This document shows positions 39,448-47,806 of a DNA stretch of 51,683 nt, piece after piece. The notes under the pieces are model-generated. The model saw only the letters and a program-made list of their open reading frames with translations, ran no database searches and was not told the DNA's origin. Within the stretch, counting starts at the first letter, position 1. The number at the start of each line of letters is the position of its first letter. Where the stretch lies: assembly GCA_964236955.1 (NCBI GenBank), contig CAXSGP010000023.1:1-51683 (forward strand), written 5' to 3'. This DNA comes from an uncultured Oligoflexus sp. GTDB taxonomy: Bacteria > Bdellovibrionota_B > Oligoflexia > Oligoflexales > Oligoflexaceae. The position numbers and the translations under genes are program-made.

Positions 39448-40834
39448 ATTTCTCCGCATTCAAGTCGCGTGCACAATGATGACAAGCATCATTGTGTTTT
39501 TGGCTTGCGGGAAAACTCAAAACTCCACAACTCGAGCCTCCATCTCCTACCATCTGGAACGTCCAGCAACAAACGATGGGGAAAATGCCATAATCATCGA
39601 TTATCCCGATGATGCCAATTATTATGTGCGCATCAGCGGCGACAAAATCAAAGCGTCGATACCTCTGGGTGTGTTGAAAAAAGCACCCAAAAGAATCGGC
39701 ATCAGTTCCGAGGCAGTCGGCACTTATTCTTTGGATATCATCTTCGCACTCGGAGACCAGACCGAGTTCATCAAAGATAAGCTGGAATGGGAATACGATC
39801 ATGAACTTCCACCTGATCCCATCGTGTCGCCCCAAACACCCGCAAGCCGCGACGAAAATGCGATGCTTCTCGTCTCGGCCAGCAAGGGGCCCTCTGTCAC
39901 TCAATTATGGGTGGGCGGGGACGTGGCCGAAGCGCAGTGGCTAAACATCCCAAAATCAGGCAAGGTTCCCATCATCCTCAGTGATGGCGATGGCAAAAAA
40001 AAGCTTGCGATCAAACTTAGAAATATCGCAGGCAGTGAGTCATCAATTCAGGACCTCATTATTCCAAGAAAGAGCCTGCCGCCGGAAAACTGTAAGGCGG
40101 TTCCGATTTCCCAAACGATCAGCGGCAATACTCTCAGTATCCAGGTCAGCGCGACCAATGACGGTCCGCTTGCCTATCGTGTCCTTGGAGATGTCGAAAA
40201 AATCCCCAAATTCAAAACGTTTGAAGGTAAAACAGAAGGGGAAATTACTCTCTCGCCGGGCCCAGGCGACAAAAATCTTTTGGTCTATATTCGTGATGAG
40301 GCCGAAAACTTCTGCCCGGAGATCCCTCTAACGGTGCGGGTGGATCCCAGCTATCGGGCCCAGAAAGTCGTCTTGAACCAACTGTGGACGGATGATCCGG
40401 TGGTTAGCGCCCATTTGAGTGTAGAAACTTTCGCAGACCACAGAGTTGAAATGTTTATCAATGGCGGCGTCGCGCCTGGACCACTGACCTTTCAATGGGT
40501 TCCCTACCTCGCCGATCCCACGGTCGAACTCACACCTGTGGATGGCAATCGGTTCGTGACTGTTCAAATACGCGACAATGGGAAGCTGCTAGAGGCGGAA
40601 AGCGCCTCAATCTTTCTCAAGCCTTACCTGAAACTGGGTGGTACCGGCAGCAGGAGGGAGCTGGCATTGAGCCGTATGATAGGCACGGAGGACATCACAA
40701 TCACGGGTTGCGCCGAAACATACATTAATGTGCCCTATGGCGATGGATTGCCATGTACTCTCGGAGTCACTCCCATCGAAGCCACTTATCATCTTATCGA
40801 TGGGACAGACGTCACTCGAGCTGTCACGCCTTAG
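39440..40834 (+). CDS. lipoprotein with repeated Ig-like motifs
   Basis: Lipobox FLAC; LSDGDGKKKLAIKLRNIAG, LSPGPGDKNLLVYIRDEAEN, LTPVDGNRFVTVQIRD; overlaps the upstream stop. Confidence 0.7.
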   Translation: MNKFLRIQVACTMMTSIIVFLACGKTQNSTTRASISYHLERPATNDGENAIIIDYPDDANYYVRISGDKIKASIPLGVLKKAPKRIGISSEAVGTYSLDIIFALGDQTEFIKDKLEWEYDHELPPDPIVSPQTPASRDENAMLLVSASKGPSVTQLWVGGDVAEAQWLNIPKSGKVPIILSDGDGKKKLAIKLRNIAGSESSIQDLIIPRKSLPPENCKAVPISQTISGNTLSIQVSATNDGPLAYRVLGDVEKIPKFKTFEGKTEGEITLSPGPGDKNLLVYIRDEAENFCPEIPLTVRVDPSYRAQKVVLNQLWTDDPVVSAHLSVETFADHRVEMFINGGVAPGPLTFQWVPYLADPTVELTPVDGNRFVTVQIRDNGKLLEAESASIFLKPYLKLGGTGSRRELALSRMIGTEDITITGCAETYINVPYGDGLPCTLGVTPIEATYHLIDGTDVTRAVTP

Positions 40835-40840
40835 AATTTG

Positions 40841-41557
40841 TCAAAGACTTATTGTAAGCCCAAGCTCCAACACGCTCATCTTAATTTTTGCCTTATCCTG
40901 GGTTGGCTCTGGCACTACTGTGAGTGCGCTGTCTGAAACCAGCGACTGGTCTTTGCGATTGGCAAAATTGTGCTGTAGGTAAAGGATCGACAGCGAAGCC
41001 GCCAGCGGAAATTTCCAATTGAAAAGCATAAAACTTTTTGAGATTGTAGCACGGGGTTGAAAGCCTACGCCGCCACTAAAAGTGGATAGGGTAGCATATT
41101 TTACGACTTTATTATTGATATTGATGGATCCCGTGGCACCCGAGTTTAGGCCAGCTAAAGGGCTTAAGGTCAATATCGTTTTTAGATAAATGCCCTTAGC
41201 CAGGTTCATTTCATATCCACCGCCAAAGCCCAGCTGATAGAGGCTGCCTGCTTTGGTTTCCGCGCCGGCTTCGTATTGAAGCCCCGAATAAAGCCAGGTC
41301 GTTTCCGCAATCCAGTACTGATCATTTTTAAATGCCCATCGCCTTAAAAAGCGCAGGATATAGAGCGGTCCGACCTTCGTCGGTATGGCTGAACCTATGG
41401 TAAGTTCAGAATAAAGGGCTGATCCAATATTCAGGCTGAAATCATTACTGCGTAAAGTTTCTGCCCGAGCGGCAGAGCTCCAGATCGAGAGGAAGCAGTA
41501 GGCGAGAGCAAAGGCAGTAGCAGAAACGAATCTTTGCACTCTAAAATTTAATTGCAT
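40841..41557 (-). CDS. putative outer-membrane beta-barrel protein
   Basis: Signal peptide ending ARA, amphipathic strands, C-terminal LELGLTISL. Confidence 0.6.
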   Translation of the reverse strand: MQLNFRVQRFVSATAFALAYCFLSIWSSAARAETLRSNDFSLNIGSALYSELTIGSAIPTKVGPLYILRFLRRWAFKNDQYWIAETTWLYSGLQYEAGAETKAGSLYQLGFGGGYEMNLAKGIYLKTILTLSPLAGLNSGATGSININNKVVKYATLSTFSGGVGFQPRATISKSFMLFNWKFPLAASLSILYLQHNFANRKDQSLVSDSALTVVPEPTQDKAKIKMSVLELGLTISL

Positions 41558-41955
41558 CGATGGTCAGATTCTCCTGTAAGTGCCTTTAGCCATTCCTAAG
41601 TCCCCTGCCTATTGTAGCAGGGGTCTGCCCTACCCTTTCCACTATTTCAGTAAACTACTGGCATGAAGGAAAAAAGCGGCTCCTTTTTGGACTAGAGGAA
41701 GTGGCAAGAGAGTCTGCACATGACAATAAAAACCGTACACTAGGAAATGACCAGGCCCGTCTAATCAAGACATAAAAATTTTCATCATGAGCGTTTCTAA
41801 GAAAAATTCTCATCGATTCTTCACAAGGAAACGAGTTAAATTGAGTCTATGAGCGGAAGTGTGACGTCACCATTTATGCTCGAATGATGAATACATGCCT
41901 TTCCACAGAATCGTGGGGAGTCACTAAAAAGTCTCAAAAATGGGAGACGTCACAG

Positions 41956-42360
41956 ATGATGTTTCAGTTTTACTTCAAGAAAATGGGCAGTTCCGAGACC
42001 CTTAAAGAACTTTCTGAAAAAAAGTTATCCGATCTGCTTGAAAGATTCATCGGTGCGAATGGATTGGTTCGCGTTACCTTTCAGATGGAAAAGAAAGCTC
42101 AGCGGGTGTTTTGTTATCTGCAGGGGCATAACGGACAAATCTACCGTGCTTCCGCATCAAGTGATAACATGTATGCAAATCTAGATGCAGTTGCCCATAA
42201 ACTGGAATCGCAATTGCTTAGAGTTAAAACTCGAAGTCATAGTCAGAAACACAAAACCCGTTATCCTGAAACGAGGCTGAGGCTGGTGCCCGAGGAGACT
42301 GATACGAACATGGACTTTTGGGAGGATGCTTACGAACCCGCTTTGAGACCGATTCACTGA
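41956..42360 (+). CDS. ribosome hibernation factor HPF/RaiA-like protein
   Basis: FKKMGSSETLKE..EKKL, ASASSDNMYANLDAVAHKLESQL. Confidence 0.75.
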   Translation: MMFQFYFKKMGSSETLKELSEKKLSDLLERFIGANGLVRVTFQMEKKAQRVFCYLQGHNGQIYRASASSDNMYANLDAVAHKLESQLLRVKTRSHSQKHKTRYPETRLRLVPEETDTNMDFWEDAYEPALRPIH

Positions 42361-42369
42361 TCAACTTTT

Positions 42370-42399
42370 AAACCCCGGCTTTAAAAAGGCTGGGGTTTT
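42370..42399 (+). terminator. intrinsic terminator
   Basis: AAACCCCGGCTTT-AAA-AAGGCTGGGGTTTT. Confidence 0.75.
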
Positions 42400-42454
42400 C
42401 TTTGTGGAATTAGCGGCCTAGCTCAGGAACCGCCTTTCCATCTTAAAATTTTAG

Positions 42455-42481
42455 TAAAAATTCTCCATATTGTGCCGATAA
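42455..42481 (+). promoter_or_regulatory. sigma28 (FliA) promoter, perfect consensus
   Basis: TAAA-N15-GCCGATAA. Confidence 0.75.
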
Positions 42482-42511
42482 TATTCACATACCTAGTGAA
42501 CGGGCAAAAAT

Positions 42512-43468
42512 ATGGCAACCAAAGAAAAACTTGGCAAAATTCTCATCGTGGCCGGCTCTTCGGATGCCATGATGAATTATCAAACGCAACTGGCTGCCTA
42601 TACCACGGAAACGGCATTAAATGCCGAAGCGGCGACCGATCTGTTGGATGACCTCGAGCCCGACATCATCATTATCGACGAAAGACTGCCGGGACTTTCC
42701 GGCATTGATCTCACTCAATGGATACGTACCGATCAGGCGGCTCCGCACTATTATAGCATCCTGATTGTCGCTCACGGAAAAAGCCGGGATTTAAACGAAC
42801 TTATGAAGCAATCGGGCGCCGATCATGCCTGTCTCTATGAGCACACGCGTTTGGATTTGGCCAGTCGTGTCGATCTTCTCATGAAGTTAAAGAAATCGAA
42901 TGACCGGTCCACAGCCCTGGCAATTAAGTTGAGTCACACCAAAGAAACCGTCCGTGACTTGGAAGACCAGGACAGCGTCACCCGACTCTATAATCTATCG
43001 TATATCAATGCGCGTCTGGAAAAGGAGTTTCGTCATTCGGAACGATTCCAGGTGGCGTTATCTTTTATGATCGTCTCTATCGAAAGTTTTCATAATCTCA
43101 CCCATAGCAAGGGTCCGGCCTTTGCCATTAAAGTGCTGCAGCAACTTGGTAATGATTTGATCCATTTAACGCGTGCCGATGACATCGTCGGGAGAAGTTG
43201 GGGTGGCGATTTTTACATTATACTTCCTGAAACGAAGACAGAAGGCGCTGAAAATCTTAAGGCCCGGGTAAGCGCCCATATTCAAGAGCAGTTCTATGGG
43301 CTCGACAGCGAACAGATGAAGCTTGAATTCAATTTTGGGATTGCAACATTTCTAGGCGATAACAAGAGCAATCGTGGGGTCCGCGACATCCTCCTGGAGG
43401 CCGAGGACAACCTGACGAGCGGAATTCTCCATAAAGCCAGTCACAAGATGATCAAGATCGCCAATTAA
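42512..43468 (+). CDS. receiver + degenerate GGDEF domain protein
   Basis: PDIIIID..LPGLSG receiver; D..T.LYN; RADD I-site; WGGDF in place of GGDEF. Confidence 0.82.
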   Translation: MATKEKLGKILIVAGSSDAMMNYQTQLAAYTTETALNAEAATDLLDDLEPDIIIIDERLPGLSGIDLTQWIRTDQAAPHYYSILIVAHGKSRDLNELMKQSGADHACLYEHTRLDLASRVDLLMKLKKSNDRSTALAIKLSHTKETVRDLEDQDSVTRLYNLSYINARLEKEFRHSERFQVALSFMIVSIESFHNLTHSKGPAFAIKVLQQLGNDLIHLTRADDIVGRSWGGDFYIILPETKTEGAENLKARVSAHIQEQFYGLDSEQMKLEFNFGIATFLGDNKSNRGVRDILLEAEDNLTSGILHKASHKMIKIAN

Positions 43469-43471
43469 AGT

Positions 43472-44248
43472 TCAGAGTTTCATACTCCAGCCCACCCGAA
43501 GCTGGAGGTTACTCACGGTCAAAGGTCCGCCAAGTTCCCGGCGCACATTATTTCTTGCTTCGGACGTATTGGTCGTGAAGGATCGCTGCACGAATGCCGC
43601 GCCGCTCAGGCTGAGAAAATTGTAATCAAGGTAAACACCCTTCGAAAATATCCACATTAGTCCGAGATTGCCGCCGGTACTTACGCCAGTGATATCAAAT
43701 CGGGAATTAAGCGATGAAGCAAGGCTGTCGCTAAGCTTATCGAATCCGCGCGGTCGAATACTTCCGCTCCATCTAACCAAGCCCACAAAAGGTTCGAGAT
43801 AAAGAGGACCAAAGCCAAGGACAAACCAACGGGCTGCGTAATAGGCACTTTGCGAATCGACTTTGACGATATAGTTCCGATCGCGGTAGTTATCGGAGAA
43901 CTCGAAATTGCCGCCGCCGAGACTTAGGTTTTGGATAATGTCAGCCTTCCTCCAGAAAACGCTGGCGCCGTATTCCGACCAAGGCATGACCGGGCCGAGA
44001 CTTAGAGCAAGGCCTCCTTCAAATTGCTGCTGGCGTTCTTTTTGCGAATATTCCAGGGGATCGCCACCTACTTCTCCATTTTCTAGAGCCAGATCATCAA
44101 CGGGTTGATCGTCTTGATTCGCACGGTGGTTAGGAGCCGCTTTATGGGTCACGGCGGAGTTCGGGGCTTCGGGCGGGCCGCCTGAGGCGGAAGGTATTCC
44201 AGATGGTGTTTCTGCTAAGAGCCCACTCATGATTAATGCAAGCAGCAC
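43472..44248 (-). CDS. putative outer-membrane beta-barrel protein
   Basis: GTG start with GGAGG RBS; amphipathic strands, C-terminal LRVGWSMKL. Confidence 0.6.
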   Translation of the reverse strand: MLLALIMSGLLAETPSGIPSASGGPPEAPNSAVTHKAAPNHRANQDDQPVDDLALENGEVGGDPLEYSQKERQQQFEGGLALSLGPVMPWSEYGASVFWRKADIIQNLSLGGGNFEFSDNYRDRNYIVKVDSQSAYYAARWFVLGFGPLYLEPFVGLVRWSGSIRPRGFDKLSDSLASSLNSRFDITGVSTGGNLGLMWIFSKGVYLDYNFLSLSGAAFVQRSFTTNTSEARNNVRRELGGPLTVSNLQLRVGWSMKL

Positions 44249-44325
44249 AGGTAACCTCCCTTGAACATACCGTCAGCCGCATTTTAGACGAAAGCGATGG
44301 AGGCGCAAAGGACTTCTCGCAGTAT

Positions 44326-45339
44326 TTAGCCGGCTTTCTTACCGTCTTGGGGTGGTTCCAACCCGATCAGACGTGCCAAAGGGTCGAATAAGCTAGCATC
44401 TAAAAAGGGGGAAAGACCAGTCTGCATGAGAACAAAGGCTTTAGCCGGTGAATGGGTGGGCTGGTAAGGACGAGGATTGGTCAGCGCGGCAAAAACTTCG
44501 GCAAAACTCAAGATACGGACTTCCTTGGAAAGGTCTTTAAGTTTTAGCCGGTGGGGATAGCCGAGGCCATCCGGTCGCTCATGATGATGCAGCACCATGT
44601 CGAGGGCTATGGGTGAAAGTCCGATATTTTGGAGAAGCTGGACTCCGTCTTCCGGGTGTTTTCTGACGAGTTTCCATTCTTCGTCCTTGAGGGGCCCACT
44701 TCTGTTGAGAATAGCCGGCGAAAGATTGAGGTAGCCGATATCGTGAAGAATCGAACCCATGGCCACGTCCCATCGGACCACGCCCTTGGAGAGGCTGACT
44801 GCATAGGCAGCGGTTCGCATGCAATGGTAAAAAGTGTAGGGGTCATGTTCAGCGATTTGTTCGAGTAGGCTGCGTACCCTTGGGTGTTGGTAGAGAAAGC
44901 GCGACATGGCGGTGGCAAGGGCTTTGAAGACTTGAGCCTCATCATCGACCATGGGATAGGCATAGCGGGCTTTGATAAATTCAGAGAGGCCGTCGGCGAT
45001 GACGAGGGAAAATTCCGAGGTACTCAGAGTAGGGCGCACATTGTTTGAATCAAGCTGGTCTTGGACTTCATGCTGGCGGGATGATTCAAAAAAAAGGACA
45101 AATTGGCTATTTTGGAGAAGGTCGACCTTTTCTGCTGTCGTCCAGTGATGCTTGCCTTTGGTGTAGGGTATCATTTCCCCACTTTGCTCGATAAAGAGAT
45201 CAAAATGGGTTATTTCATTTGGGATTTCACAAATCCTGAGGGCTTTAAAGTCTATGGGGCTGTAGCTGTGTTGCTTAATCATTCCAAGGCCCTCCTGGCC
45301 GATGAACCTATCGACCGCTCTGTTTTTGTTATCGGTCAA
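44326..45339 (-). CDS. HD-GYP domain phosphodiesterase
   Basis: TFYHCMR, LHDIG, HHERPDGLGYP, RPYQ. Confidence 0.88.
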   Translation of the reverse strand: MTDNKNRAVDRFIGQEGLGMIKQHSYSPIDFKALRICEIPNEITHFDLFIEQSGEMIPYTKGKHHWTTAEKVDLLQNSQFVLFFESSRQHEVQDQLDSNNVRPTLSTSEFSLVIADGLSEFIKARYAYPMVDDEAQVFKALATAMSRFLYQHPRVRSLLEQIAEHDPYTFYHCMRTAAYAVSLSKGVVRWDVAMGSILHDIGYLNLSPAILNRSGPLKDEEWKLVRKHPEDGVQLLQNIGLSPIALDMVLHHHERPDGLGYPHRLKLKDLSKEVRILSFAEVFAALTNPRPYQPTHSPAKAFVLMQTGLSPFLDASLFDPLARLIGLEPPQDGKKAG

Positions 45340-45533
45340 TTTGTCAAATAAATTGAGGTCGAAACGAAACGCAAAGGTCTCTTTTAGACATAATCCTGAT
45401 TAATTTTCGCTTGTCAGGACTGCTGGGGCCATATACTTTACTGATCTTCGAGGCCGACTGATTTAAACTTGAGTCAACTTTATGACTTAATAAAATCTGA
45501 AAAACGGTCTTGGGCATAAGAATTGGTTTAAAT

Positions 45534-45876
45534 GCTCTCATGGTGGAATCGGTAGACACACAAGACTTTGTCGTTGAACGGTAAGACGTTTGAAAGTTGA
45601 GTGCTCCGGGGGAAACGTCGGAAGTAGAACGCGTCAAATTCGGGGAACTCTTAACGCTGCAAAGCGATGACAATCCCGAGCTAAGCTTTTCTCGCAGGAG
45701 GGAAGAAAGTGTAGAGACTTGACGGCGCGCATCTAACGGCTTCTTCGGAAGTCTATGATGAAGGGAAAGTCCAGACCCCAAACTCTGCCCCGGCGCAGAG
45801 GCAGTGAAAACTGTAGATGGTAAGAAAATCTTGCGACCGTAAGGTCGTGCCAGTTCAAGTCTGGCTGGGAGCACCA
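45534..45876 (+). tRNA. tRNA-Leu(UAA), intron-containing (exons 45534-45568 and 45825-45876)
   Basis: Acceptor GCTCTCA/TGGGAGC-A-CCA; D-loop GGAATCGGTAGAC; spliced anticodon arm CAAGA-CTT^AAAA-TCTTG; long variable arm GACC-GTAA-GGTC; T-arm GCCAG-TTCAAGT-CTGGC. Confidence 0.95.
45569..45824 (+). ncRNA. group I self-splicing intron (IC3-like), 256 nt, no ORF
   Basis: 5' exon ends in U, intron ends in G; P AAATTCGGGGAA, Q AATCCCGAGC, R GTAGAGACTTGA, S AAGGGAAAGTCC; P3 GCGTC/GACGGCGC; IGS GAGT pairs with exon ACTT. Confidence 0.93.
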
Positions 45877-45888
45877 TTTCTTTAAAAC

Positions 45889-45925
45889 AAAAAACCCTTC
45901 GATCTTTTGGTCGGAGGGTTTTTTT
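45889..45925 (+). terminator. intrinsic terminator of the tRNA-Leu gene
   Basis: AAAAAACCCTTCGATC-TTTT-GGTCGGAGGGTTTTTTT. Confidence 0.85.
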
Positions 45926-46271
45926 GTAGGCTTTCGATGAGACACAAAATCTGTTTCACGATTAAAAATTTTGGCTCTTCCACAGAATATGTGGGAAGTG
46001 ATGGGCCGTCGAAAACCTGCATAGCTTGACAGACCTGCGATGGGCCTATTTCTGACGGGAAATGATTTTAGGAAAATTAAACTAACGAGTAGAAGTTGAC
46101 GTAAGAGGAATCTGAGGGAAAAGTGATTCTGCAGCACTCACTTGGACAGTCCTTGCCGCAGAAAGTAGAAACATGCCGGCGTTCTTCGCGAAGCCTTCGA
46201 GAAAGCCGGCATATCAGCCACCCGTCAATAGATGATTATATGGTCGAGTCAGTAACCCGCCCGGAAGCCGT

Positions 46272-46505
46272 CTACTTTATTAATTCAGCAGTGCCTTCAA
46301 GTAATTTCTTGATTCGAGCTTTTGCGGTATCACTTAAGTCATCTGTCGCGAAAGTTTTGAGGGTGTGACGAACGCGAAATAGAATCTCGGTACCCGTTGC
46401 GCCCCCGTCCATAGCTTCTTGCAACTTAGCTGCATACTCATCAAGCCCTTCGACCTTCAAAAATGAAACCAAAGCAATTGTCTCTGCTAGATAATCAAAC
46501 GCCAT
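46272..46505 (-). CDS. small putative immunity protein
   Basis: 77 aa, GGATGTEI motif, GGGGCG RBS, directly after a toxin-like C-terminal stub. Confidence 0.55.
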   Translation of the reverse strand: MAFDYLAETIALVSFLKVEGLDEYAAKLQEAMDGGATGTEILFRVRHTLKTFATDDLSDTAKARIKKLLEGTAELIK

Positions 46506-46515
46506 GTGACGCCCC

Positions 46516-46584
46516 TTATAGTGTTGTATGACTCTGAATAACCACAGAACCCTCTTTTACCACCACTTCAATACCGCCGCCGCG
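46516..46584 (-). pseudogene. probable toxin C-terminal stub
   Basis: RGGGIEVVVKEGSVVIQSHTTL* with no start, ending 10 nt before the putative immunity ATG. Confidence 0.35.
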
Positions 46585-46585
46585 A

Positions 46586-46933
46586 TTAGCACCCGCCGGA
46601 GGTGCGACACGAGTCACAAAGGTCTACAACTGTCGGGAATTGCTTTCGTGAGTCGCCCGTAAAGCCGTCAAATACGGTCTTATAAATTTCTAAAATTGAT
46701 TCGCCAACATAAGAGCATTCAATGCGACTAAGGTAGAGGCAACTGTCTATCATCACGGCTTGCAGGTCGTCATCTTTAAGACTTGCCCGATCAACAGGAT
46801 GACTTCTGGTCCAATCGCAGACATTTTTTGCCGTCATAGGTTGGCAAGTTATATCATTGCAAGATTCTGCCTTAGCGTTTGAAGCGACTGTAAGGATTGT
46901 AAAAATAGCTATACGCAGATACTTCCTCGCCAA
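46586..46933 (-). CDS. Cys-rich secreted small protein (start uncertain)
   Basis: RKYLRIAIFTILTVASNAKA signal-like segment; 8 Cys in the mature part. Confidence 0.5.
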   Translation of the reverse strand: MARKYLRIAIFTILTVASNAKAESCNDITCQPMTAKNVCDWTRSHPVDRASLKDDDLQAVMIDSCLYLSRIECSYVGESILEIYKTVFDGFTGDSRKQFPTVVDLCDSCRTSGGC

Positions 46934-47165
46934 AGGCGTTCGTCTCTGGAAGGAGGAGGCCAAGAGAAAGGACATTGCCGTCATCAGTGACATCAGCCAC
47001 GAGGCTTCAAATGCCTTGAAAGCAGACTTTAAGAACAAAACCTCGTTCAAGCAGCTCACGAGAAAGTTAAAGAACAATGCAACGAAAATCTATCAGTCAC
47101 CCCTCGCTTACCTTGCTCCACCGAAGCTCCGAGCAAAAGGACGATTCATGGGAATTTCGCGGTTG
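46930..47165 (+). mobile_element. probable transposase fragment
   Basis: KGVRL..DISHEASNALK..YQSPLAYLAPPKLRAKGRFM resembles a transposase-associated motif; no intact start or ends. Confidence 0.4.
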
Positions 47166-47305
47166 AGCCCGCAGATGTCGCTTCGTGAAGGCCGTTAACA
47201 GGAGGCAACCATGAAGCTGCGCATTTCTGTGATTCCGACCGCCAGGTCCTCCGGTATGTGCCAAAAAAGTAGTCGTCAGCATGATATAAACCAGTAAGCA
47301 GATTT

Positions 47306-47782
47306 TCATGGATGGGCACTAACTAGAATCGAATAGACCTTGTCATCCAAAAACTTCTTCCATTCACTTTCCAAGTTCCTATGGGGTGATTCTTTGTGGG
47401 AGTATTGGTTTGCTAAAGGTTCTATTGTCTCCAAATATTCAAAATCAGCCCATAACATTTCCAATGATTGAATTGGATTTTCAATCTCTGCCCTGTGTTC
47501 GTAAAGCCATGCGACAAATATTTTTGCCCATTTATCATTGTCCATTTCGAATGAACCTGGACATAAAGCCTCAAGGTTATCAGCGATTGCAGTCTGGTCA
47601 GAGTAGCCAAGTGCTGCAAGTTCGGCTTCTTCTTGAGAAAAATCATCGGATTCAAGTGCTTTAATGGCAAGATCAACAGCAACTCCAGGCTGCATCCATC
47701 CCTTAGCAATTGCAAACTTTGCTTCAGCCCAGGATAGCTCCATGATTCTTTTGCCAAACTGCCTTTCGATGATCATTTTCAT
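47306..47782 (-). CDS. putative immunity protein (DUF2247-like)
   Basis: LSWAE..AI..GW, KW..IFVAWLYEHR..NP..LE.LWADFEY; directly downstream of a toxin. Confidence 0.7.
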   Translation of the reverse strand: MKMIIERQFGKRIMELSWAEAKFAIAKGWMQPGVAVDLAIKALESDDFSQEEAELAALGYSDQTAIADNLEALCPGSFEMDNDKWAKIFVAWLYEHRAEIENPIQSLEMLWADFEYLETIEPLANQYSHKESPHRNLESEWKKFLDDKVYSILVSAHP

Positions 47783-47806
47783 TGGATAATCCTCGCATTT
47801 CTTAGG

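Noticed and set aside
45344..45877. 177-aa minus-strand ORF (possible homing endonuclease)
   Set aside because: It is the reverse complement of the tRNA and intron, has no LAGLIDADG/HNH/GIY-YIG motif, and the intron is too short to hold an ORF.
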